This document shows, piece after piece, positions 54,259 to 64,000 of a DNA stretch of 64,000 bases. A model generated the notes under the pieces. The model was not told where the DNA came from and did no database searches. It was given only the letters and a program-made list of their open reading frames with translations. A program made the translations under genes and the position numbers. Within the stretch, counting starts at the first letter, position 1, and the number at the start of each line of letters is the position of its first letter. Source of the DNA: Octopus vulgaris. Taxonomy: Eukaryota. The stretch lies in NCBI GenBank assembly GCA_951406725.2, contig OX597834.1:42532001-42596000 (forward strand), written 5' to 3'.

Positions 54259-55249
54259 AATACTAAATGGAGCAAGAAAGAAAAACATCCGGACAGTTCG
54301 ATTATATTAAATGAGACAACAAAATATCCAGATAGACGACACAAAGAAAACAAGGACGGGTTATTCGAAGCTTTCTTTCCTCAGTCGAGTACCAGATTAT
54401 CTAAGCAATTTCGGCTGATTATACTCGAGATTGCTCCAATCTGGCCAGCCCCAAGGAAAAACCAAGCTAAGAGCATTAGATTCCTTGGAAGAAAGCAGCT
54501 AAAGTATACAAAAACAAGGACGGAAATAAAAACGTACAATGTTACAAAAATACAATAAAAATAATGACAGGACATAAACAACAAGTGTCTTTCGAGTAAG
54601 GATGAATTGAATTAAGCTGGCGTGTGTAGAAATGAAGCATTACGGCAGAGATACAAGATTCACAGGCACAGGGAGGAATATCGATGTTGTACGGACAACG
54701 GCCAGACTAAGAAAAAAAGATCAGGCTTGGCCGAAAGACGGTCACGTGGGAAGAAAAAAGAAGGAGGCAGAGGCAGAGGGACAGAAGAAGGGGCGAGAAA
54801 AAATGACAGGGACGCAGTGAATGAAAAGTGGAGGGAAAGTGAGCAAGAAGAGAAGGCAACGCAAGAGTTTGCACATAGTTTCCATTTCTTAAATTCATTC
54901 ACAGGGCACTAATAGGCCTGAGAAACTTGCTCAAGATGCAAGTGGAAGTGTTTCCGCAAATATGCGGTTGCCAGGAGAACCTCTTAACCACACAACCATC
55001 CCTGCAAGCGAAATCGTATAATAGGAAACTATGCGGATGCTCTCCAGATGGTCTTTAGTTGTGATGTAAAGGTTGGTGGAATTTATCAGAATTGCAAGCA
55101 TCTGTTTCTGTCACTTCACTGCCAGTTCTTTTGGTCCTGCTAAACAATGATTGTTAGGGTCTTGCCGCTCAGTTGTGTCAGTACTAATGTCTCTTTCCTG
55201 TCTTTTCTTTTTTACATCTCTTACTTGTTTCAACCATTAGACTGCGGCC

Positions 55250-56368
55250 ATGTTTACCCCTTCCACATCTGCAAAATGTTTTCCTTTAGAGACTTTTTTT
55301 CATTCGGAGGAACAGGAAAAAAAAGTCGCACGGGAACAAGATGGGGCGGAAAGGGAGGGGGGGTAAGCGGGATCAAAAGCTGTCTCACACTCAAGGCCAT
55401 CTGCGCCGACGCGTTGTCATGATGAAACCACCGCCCTACACTTTGTCACAGGTCGGGGTGTCTTCGTTTCACTGCACCTCGCAAAAGCTTCAGAACAGCC
55501 AAGTAAAATGTCTGGTTTGACCAGGAGGAACAAATTCTGTGCGGACAATTCCTTTCGCATCAATGAAACAAATTTCATCATCTTGATACTGGACTTTACA
55601 TGGCGCGCTTTTTTCGAGGGCATAGTGATATCGAATGCTTCCATTGACTTGATTGCTGCTTCATTTCCGGGACGTAGCCATAGCACCAGCTTTTGTCACC
55701 AGTGATGACCTTCGATAAATGATCTGGATCAACATCTAACTGCTCTTTCAGTCCACGACACGCATTCAATTGTGACTGCCTTTGATCTTCCATGAGCAAG
55801 CTAGGCACAAATTTTGTTGCAATTCTTTTCATTCGCAATTCCTCGCCCAAAATTCGTTGGCAGGGGCTCCGGGACACACCAGTCATATCAACAATTTCGC
55901 CAGTTGTTCGGTGACGGTCCTCCAAGATCAGTTCGTGAATTTTCCTGATGTTTTCATTCGTTCGGGAGGTCGACGGTCACCCTGAACATAGTTGGTCTTC
56001 AAGCGACAAGTGAACCTTCCTAAAGCGTGAGAACAAATCTTAAACTTGTCTTTTGCTCATGGCAACGTCCTTGTAAGCGGTTTGATGCATGACAACAGTT
56101 TCGGCTCCGTTTTCGCCGGCAGAAAACAGAATTTCACGGAAGTGCGTTGTTCTTTCGTTTCAGCCATTGCAAAAATCGACGAAGAGAGGAGAATCACTGC
56201 AAAACAAATATGCACCACGTGGCAACAAGACTACACTTAACGACGCCGGTCGACAGGTTGGTGCCTGGGGGCAGACTGATCCCTGAGGCTTCTAGCGGCG
56301 GAAACCTGAACTACAACGGGCTTGAATCGCACAGAACGTTTCCGGTTACTTTCGGGTACTTCCTTGGT
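55250..56368 (-). pseudogene. Mariner (DD34D) transposon remnant: nearly complete decayed transposase and left TIR
   Basis: SVKFCF; EDRHRTTGEIVDMTGVS...ILGEELRMKRIATKFVPSLL; VITGDKSWCYGYVPEMKQQSSQWK; WFHHDNA; decayed PDLAP.DFF motif. TIR-like end aggaagtacccgaaagtaaccggaa. Confidence 0.9.
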
Positions 56369-56406
56369 AAATTCGTAAAAGCAAATATGTTACCAAATAC
56401 AATAAA

Positions 56407-56462
<56 letters not shown>

Positions 56463-56487
56463 TCGCTGAATTACATTAAAAAACAAT

Positions 56488-56905
56488 AGCGCATGAGTGG
56501 CTGTGTGGTAAGTAGCTTGCTCACGAACCACATGGTTCCGGGTTCAGTCCTACTGCGTGGCACCTTGGGCAAGTGTCTTCTACTAGAGTCTCGGCCGACC
56601 AAAGCCTTATGAGTGGATTTGGTAGACGGAAACTGAAAGAATCCCGTCGTATACATATATATATGTGTGTGTGTGTATGGGTGTATGTGTGTGTGTGTGT
56701 GTGTGTCTATGTTTGTGTGTCTGTGTTTGTCCCTCAACATCTCTTGACAACCAAAGCTGGTGTGTTTTGTTTACGGCAAGAGAGACGGATAGAACGAGTA
56801 CTAGGCTTACAAAGAATAAGTCCTGGGGGCGATTTGCTCGACTAAAGGCGGCGCTGCAGCATGGCCGCAGTCAAATGACTGAAACAAATAAAAGAATAAA
56901 AGAAT
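56488..56905 (+). mobile_element. SINE family B, near full length
   Basis: Near-consensus head and tail. Confidence 0.9.
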
Positions 56906-56944
56906 AAACAATAACAATAATATCTATCAACAATAATTATAATC

Positions 56945-57475
56945 GTTTCTGTGCTATTATAGGCAGAAGGACTGAAATTTAGAGGGCGGAGTGGAGTCGA
57001 GACTTCGAAGGGATGAAAAGCCAAGTCGACGGAACGTAACGGCAGACGAAATACGGCCACGCATTTCGCCCGGCGTGCTAACGCTTCTGCCAGCAACAAC
57101 AAGACAACGATTAATAAAACAAATATTTCTAAAGTAGGGACAAAAAGGCGAGATAATTTTAGGGAGGGAAAGGGTTCATTCGATACAATAGTCACTGTTA
57201 TTTGAATGGTATTGAATTTAATCGACCGCGGGGTGAATAAAAGACAAGGTTATCCTGGGCGGGATTTGAACTCAGAACGTAAAATATGACGGTAAAAGCA
57301 ACAGCAAAAAGAAGTAATATTCTTTTCTACTCTAGGCACAAGGTCCGATATTTTGGGGGACGGGGGGGGGGGAAGTCGATTAGAGCAAGTCCAGTGAGCA
57401 ACTGGTACTTAATTTATCGACCCTGAAAGGATGAAAGGCAAAGCTGACCTCGACGGAGTTTGAACTCAGAAGAAG
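56945..57475 (-). mobile_element. Three degenerate family A SINEs
   Basis: Meta-domain and tail2 remnants. Confidence 0.7.
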
Positions 57476-57522
57476 AAATATTATACAACCGCGACAGCAG
57501 TGATAAATGGCAGCAGCAACAG

Positions 57523-57862
57523 AAGGCGCAATGGCCCAGTGGTTAGGGTAGCAGACTCGTGGTTTCGATTCCTAGACCGGGCGTTGTGTGTGTTTATTGA
57601 GCGAAAACACCTAAAGCTCCACGTGAATCCGGCAGGGGTGTGTGGCGACACCTGTTGTACTCTTTCGCCCCAACTTACTCTCACTCTTTCTTCCTGTTTT
57701 TTGTCCCCGACTTCCTACGCTACCGCTGAGCCTGGAGGCGCATTCATCCATCCGTCGATGCTCTCGGTGTCGGGGGTTGACCTGCTTTCTCTTCTGCGGG
57801 TCTTACGAATAGCAAAGGACAACGTTTCGGACTTCTCCCACTACAGAAGACCGCTTCGCTCA
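57523..57862 (+). mobile_element. SINE family C with tail type 2
   Basis: Homologous to 31088-31448. Confidence 0.85.
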
Positions 57863-58039
57863 ACAAACAAATAAACAAACAAGCAGCAGCAACAATACCA
57901 ATGGTAATAGTTGTAGTGATAGTAGTAGTATTGGTTGTAAACGATAATAGTAGCTGTACACTATGAAGTACGACAACAAGAGTACTGCATGGGGGCTGAT
58001 GGAAAAGTCACCAACAACAACAACGACTGCAACAGTAAT

Positions 58040-59231
58040 CTTTTCTACTCTAGGCACAAGGCCCGAAATTTTTTGGGAGCGGGGTCAGTCGTCAGTCGTT
58101 TAGATCAGCCCCAGTACGCAACTGGTACTTAATTTATCGATCCCGAAAGGACGAAAAGCAAAGTCGACCTCGGCGGAATTTGAACTCAGAACGTAAAGAC
58201 GGACGAAATGCCGCTAAGCATTCTGCTAGCTGGTCACCTTTACTATTCCATATATCTTTTCTACCCTAGGCACAACGCCCGAAATTTTGGGGGAGAGGGC
58301 AAGTCGATTAGATCGACCCCAGTACGCAAGTGATACTTAATTTATCGACCCCGAAAGGATGGAAAGTAAGGTCGAACTCGGAGGAATTTGAACTCAGAAC
58401 GTACGACTGTAACAAAAATAAAATAAGATAGAAGCAGTTGTGGGCGACTACAACGGTAACAACAACAATAATAAAAACAACAACAACAGGGATAACGATC
58501 ATAAGAACAATAATAACCCTTTATGCACAAGGGGGGTACTAGTCGATTACATTGACCCTAGTATATCACTGGCACTCAATTTATCGACCCTGAAAGGATG
58601 AAAGGCGAAGTCGACCTCGGTGGAATTTGAGCTCAGAACGTAGCGGCAGACGAAATACCGCTAAGCATTTCGCCCCGGCGTGCAAACGATTCTTATTTCT
58701 TTATTGCCCACAAGGGGCTAAATATAGAGGAGACGAACAAGTATAGACAAAGGGATTTAGTCAATTACATCGACCCCAGTGCGTAACTGGTAATGATTTT
58801 GCCAGCTCGCCGCCTTAAGAAACACAATAATAATAATCCGTTCTACTAAAGGCACATGGTCTGAAATTTGTGGGAAGGGGTCTGGTCGATTACATCGACC
58901 CCAATGTTTCACTGGTACTTGATTTTTGGACCCCGAAAGGTAAAAAGGCAAAGTCGACTTCGGCGGAATTTGAACTCAGAACGCAGCGACAGACGAAATA
59001 CCTATTTCTTTACTGCCCACAAGGGGCTAAACATAGTGGACAAACAGGGACAGACAAAGGGATTAAGTCGATTATATCGACCCCAGTGCCTAACTACTAC
59101 TTGATTTACCGACGCCGAAAAGATGAAAGGCAAAGTCGACTTCGGCGGAATTTGAACTCAGAACGTAGCGGCAGACGAAATACCGCTAAGTATTTCGCCC
59201 CGGCGCGCTAACGATTCTGCCAGCTCGCCGC
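58040..59231 (-). mobile_element. Cluster of about 6 Meta-domain SINE units, all on the minus strand
   Basis: Repeated cgaccccgaaaggatgaaaggcaaagtcgacctcggcggaatttgaactcagaacg. Confidence 0.9.
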
Positions 59232-59430
59232 TAGAACCAACGATGACATCGGAGCCTGCGTCACTGCAACAAATAAACAACAATGACAGCAACAACGACA
59301 TCAACTATAATAACAAGAAGAAGAACCGTGTCCTCTGGCTGCAACTATAAGAAAAACAAGAAGCAGTGATTAGCAGCGGTTTTCGTTGCTGTTGTTGTTG
59401 TTGCTTAACAAACACTAAGTTGAAGCTGAC

Positions 59431-59703
59431 CTGAGCGAGGAAACGAAACCGGCATCGAAGCTGCTCCAGACTGGACAGGTTTGTCGCTCTTGTGAAGAAA
59501 CCTTTCACTTTGAATCTCTCTGTCTGTCTGTTTCTCTCTCTGTTTATAACGTGCGTGTGTGATTTGAGGGACATTGGTTGTTATTTCTAGCATATTACAG
59601 CGACAGGCAAAGGCACACGTACGTGCATTTCTCGCCCTCGTTTGTAATCGACGTAGAGTGGCGGAGGCGGCGGCGGCGGCACCTCCGCTAATCTTACAAA
59701 AAC

Positions 59704-59738
<35 letters not shown>

Positions 59739-59802
59739 ATGTAGTAGTAGTAGTAGTAGTAGTAGTAATGTAGTAGTAGTAGTAATGTAGTAGTAGGTGG
59801 TG

Positions 59803-59834
<32 letters not shown>

Positions 59835-60592
59835 CGTAATAGTAGTATTCGTAGTAGTAGTAGTAGTAATGTAGTAATCAGCAGCTACAGTGTGAAATCG
59901 CTCCACCGCCGCCTCCGCCGCCTCCGCCGCCTCCGCCGCTGTAACTGCTGCTGCTGCTGCTGCTACTGCGCCTGCTACTGCTGCTGATGATTGCTTAGCG
60001 CTTGCGCGAATGATGATGGTGCTGGTGGTTGTAGTAATGACGATGATGGGGGTGGTGGTGGTGGTGTTGGTGGTGGTGGTGGTGGTGGGAGTAGCCCTGT
60101 AATGAAGGGAAAGTAGAAGTGACAGCAGCAGTCACAGTGCACGATGTGGTGGTGGTGGTGTTGGCGGTGGTGGTGGCGGTGGTAGTGCTGGTAGAGGAGG
60201 AGAAGTAAGAGAAACAGCAGCAGTAGGAGGGGTAGGAGGAGTAGGAGGAGTAGGAGTAGGAGTTTTGGTATCAGTGCTGCCGTAGTGGTGGTGGTAGTAG
60301 TAGTAGTAGAAGCAGTGACGGCAGCAGTTGCATTGGAAGCAGCAGCAGCAGTCGTAGTAGTAGTAGTACACGAGATAATCACGATGGTTGTGGTGGTGGT
60401 GGCGAGGGCGACGGTGTTGGAATTAGTGTGGTAACAACAACAACAACAACAACAACACGGCTACAACCAACCAACCAACCAACCAACTCACCAGCCAGCC
60501 AACCAGCCAACTAAGCGAGCTTTTTAAAACCATTAGCGAAGACAAGAAACTTAAGCGAAGAACGAGAGAGCAGGCACCGGCTGTGTTTATAT
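59431..60592 (-). promoter_or_regulatory. Candidate promoter and 5' exon of a minus-strand transcript
   Basis: TE-free, GC/CpG-enriched island with trinucleotide runs; TATATAAA on the minus strand at 60592-60585; donor-like CAG|GTCAGC at 59431/59430. Inference only. Confidence 0.3.
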
Positions 60593-60809
60593 ACTTCGAC
60601 GGTGCTGCATTTATATGTAAACATACACTCGTAAACACTCGCCTATATATATATATACATATATATATACATAAATTTCATATAGGTATTATATATTATA
60701 CACATAAATATTATATATATACCTACACGTAATTTATATGTTTAAGGAAACACTTTCAGACACACAAACGTAAGCACATCAATCCATCCATCCACCTACC
60801 TATCTATCA

Positions 60810-60894
<85 letters not shown>

Positions 60895-61614
60895 CATACA
60901 TATATACAGTCATCAATGAATACAGTTATATAAATACAATATATATATATATATGCATACATTTCTCATATAAGTACACGTACACACAAACATATACGTA
61001 AATACATAAACTTAATATATATTATATATATATAGATATATATACATGTCTATAAATGCATATGTGTATGTATATATAGTTATATAATAACTTTTGTATC
61101 TCTTTGGAGAAATATATTTTACAATACAATTATATATAAATAAATATAAAATAAACTAAAAGCAAATTGTTAAAAGACCCTCATGGATGACGACAATTTG
61201 TCAAAGATTTACACTAACATTCCACCGGCCGGTAAGTACCCGTTATTTCTATTATTATCATATTTGCTGTTCCTACACCACACCTTCGTTCTGAGTTCGA
61301 ATCTCGCCGAGTCTAACTTTACCTTATAATCTTTTCGGAGTTAAAGTGAAGAGCGAAAGCAAGCACCGACTGTGTTTATATAGTTTGACGGTGATGCGTA
61401 TATATATACATATATAAAACATACACTCGTAAACACTCATGAGTATATATAGGTTTATATAGGTATTATATATTATACACATAAACATTTATATTATACG
61501 TAGGCGAGAGTAGAAAATACGTACATTTTAGACATGTTTAATTCATCAACCTCTCTCTCTCGAAATGAATGTCTCTGTGCCAATGTTAAAATTCATTATT
61601 GCTGTTTTTATGGT

Positions 61615-62350
61615 TCCGACTCTTTACGTTTATGTTCGATTCACTTTGCCTTTTATCATTTTGGAGCGATGTTCTTGTAAAGAGATCACCAGAGTTGCAT
61701 TGGGATCGAATTAATAGATTTACACCGCTTCCCCCGCGATCTCTGTCCTTGCGCACAGGGGCTGCTACCCGGAGGCGTCGTGGGTCTAGCAAGGCCCCAG
61801 TTCTTTGCCTTTCATCCTTTCGGGCTCGATAAATTAAGAACCAGTTGCGTACTGGTTTCGATGTAATCGACTGCCCGCCCCCTCTTCCAAAATTTCGAGT
61901 CTTGTGCCTAGAGTAGAAAAGATTATTATTATTGTTGTTTTTGTTAAGGTGGTAAGCGAGCAGAATCGTTTGCACGCCGGCCAAAATGCTTAGCGGCATT
62001 TGGTCTGTCCTTACTTTCTGAGTTCAAATTCCGCCGAGGTCGATAAAACAAATAGCAGTTACACACTGAAGTCGATCTAATCGACTTGCCCCTTCCCCAA
62101 AATTTCAGGCCTTTTGCCTTTAATAGAAAGAATTATTATTATTGTTGCTAAAACGGTGAGCTGGCGGAATCGTTAGCAACCCGGACAAAATGCTTAGCAG
62201 CATTTCGTCCGTCATTACTTTCTGAGTTCGAATTCTGCTGAGGTCGACTTTGCCTTTCATCCTTTCAGGATCGATAGAATAAATATCAGATGTAATCGAC
62301 AAGACCCCTTCCCCTCAAATTTTAGGCCTCGTGCATATAGGAGAAAGGAT
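61615..62350 (+). mobile_element. Cluster of degenerate Meta-domain SINEs, all on the plus strand
   Basis: Repeated ctttgcctttcatcctttc...tcgat and tail2; further remnants to about 63030. Confidence 0.8.
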
Positions 62351-63410
62351 TATTATTGTTGTAAAGCAATCAGTGGGGTATCAGTCAAGTAGTTGTTAAA
62401 ATTTAATCATGGCCACCCTGATCGAATTTGACTCTGTATTATTCTGGTGTGTTGACAGTTGTCAGTAATATCAGCTGCACCTGTCCCCTGCAAAAAAAAA
62501 AAAAGTGTTGTAACCTGGTATCAACGCCAAAAAAACAAAAAAGAAGAAATTCTCTGTCGCTCTGTCTCTGTATTGTTAACATCGTTTTCTGGCTTACGTT
62601 TTAAGTTCAAACCCCGCAGAACGCCCAGTCACCTGTCCTTTCGTTGTTCTAGGAGCGTAGGACAGGTAAATTAAAGTACAAGTCAAGTACAATCATCGAT
62701 AAAATAGGCAGCATCCATCCCCATCCCTCTCAAAAGTTCGGGACTTTGTTTCTAAGTTAGAGTACCTCGGCCCTTCACATTTGAGGTTCAATTCACATAC
62801 ATGTCTGTTATGCCTTTAATGCATCCGGGGTTATAAATCGATAAAATATTAGTGAAATACTGGGGTCAATATAACCAAATAAACCATCTCACCTTAAATC
62901 CGACCCCTTATGTTGCTATGCTAGAAATTAATATTTTGTAACAGTACGGCTTTCTACGTTCTAAGTTCAAATCCGTTTGTCAACTTAGCATTCACTTTTC
63001 AGCTCCGGAATTGATGAAAATAAAATAAGAAAAAAACCCTTAAAAACATTGAAAAACTATCAACGATTGCAAACGAGTAAAACAATTCATATCTGCGGTT
63101 TCTATTTCTATTATTATAGTTGTTGTTATACATGGTTAAAAACACTAAAATGTGTAATTCCGTCAGTCATAAACAGACGCTTCTTGGAAAAACCAAAACA
63201 AGCAGGAAAGCGTTCGTGGTTAACACATGTTCTGTAGATAAAAAACAAAAACAATCTAGCGAATATATTTCCATAGATCCTGGTGGCTCTGTTTTCATTA
63301 GTGTGTTTTGTAGATGAGTGTTTCATGTTGTTGGCGTGTTGTCGTGCACGTGAGCCCTGGTCGACTGAAGGTGTTCCAACCGCGACCATCTTGTCATATA
63401 TATATATATA

Positions 63411-63630
63411 CAGGAATCCGTCGACTATCGCAGGTGTTACGTTCCAAAACCAATCGCGATAGGTGAAAATCCTCCAAGTAGAAGCCGTAGTGTTTAGTTT
63501 TTTCATTATTATTGTTATAATTTGTAGTTATCAATTTTATTCTAAATGTAAAACAACACCGCGGAAGAATCGACGTAAGCTTAAATAATAAACCGTGATA
63601 AGTGAACCGCGATATGGCGAGGAATTACTG
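63411..63630. mobile_element. Tigger/pogo-type MITE
   Basis: Imperfect TIRs caggaatccgtcgactatcgc / gcgatatggcgaggaattactg; preceded by TA. Confidence 0.7.
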
Positions 63631-63689
63631 TGTGTGTTTATATATATATATGTGGCAAAGTAATTTATTTTACTAAGCCCTTTTATATA

Positions 63690-63727
<38 letters not shown>

Positions 63728-63817
63728 TTATGAATATTTTTTATGTTCAGTTATAGTAAAAACAGTTTGACATTAATCTGACGGGTGACTCTATTTTTGT
63801 AGAGGACAAATTTATTC

Positions 63818-63965
63818 TTCTTAAACAAGAATGCTATTTATTGACTGCGACTTCGAAGTTTCGACCAGTTTAGCCATCTTCAGACTGCCAGCTAAGTCAT
63901 AGACCGACGAAGACTCAGCTGGCCGAAACCTCGAAGTTACTATCAATAATATTCTTGCTTAAGAA
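63818..63965. repeat. Diverged inverted repeat carrying two opposed hammerhead-like motifs
   Basis: Minus 63847-63886: agt CTGAAGA t ggct-aaact-ggtc GAA ACTTCGAAGT C. Plus 63901-63941: CCGACGA a gact-cagct-ggcc GAA ACCTCGAAGT T act. Confidence 0.65.
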
Positions 63966-64000
63966 TTATATATATATATATATAGATAATGTAGTATCAT

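Noticed and set aside
54355-54390. Minus-strand CTGAGGA-aag/ctt-cGAAT
   Set aside because: A15.1 is missing and there is no stem I/III pairing.
55342-55372. G-quadruplex-like G runs
   Set aside because: Lies inside the decayed mariner transposase (the Pro-rich PYSPDL region on the minus strand).
59975-60382. ORF with poly-T/L/H/P runs resembling a signal-peptide protein
   Set aside because: Built from trinucleotide repeats; no domain; more consistent with UTR-like low complexity.

Overview
AT-rich, extremely microsatellite-dense eukaryotic non-coding DNA. The repeat repertoire resembles a cephalopod (Octopus-like) genome; this is an inference from repeat recognition, not a database result. 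No intact host protein-coding gene is supported: nearly all ORFs in the track are translations of (AT)n/(ATGT)n/(CA)n/(GAT)n repeats or of SINEs. The window holds more than 40 tRNA-derived SINE copies (a Meta-domain type, a CORE-like type with an internal microsatellite, and a modular group sharing heads and tails). It also holds decayed RTE-clade and CR1-like LINE fragments, mariner, maT/DD37D-like, pogo/Tigger and hAT-like DNA transposon remnants, and a possible minus-strand promoter/first exon near 59.4-60.6 kb. The most interesting signal is a dispersed set of mutually dissimilar minimal hammerhead-ribozyme (HHR) motifs with palindromic stem III, at about 1.1, 4.2, 4.5-4.6 (x2), 15.5, 53.8 and 63.9 kb (x2). 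Several lie in long inverted repeats, as expected for Penelope-like pLTR remnants. They include a compensatory G3:C8 core variant and a recurrent U4C core. Coordinates of degenerate repeats are approximate (read by eye).
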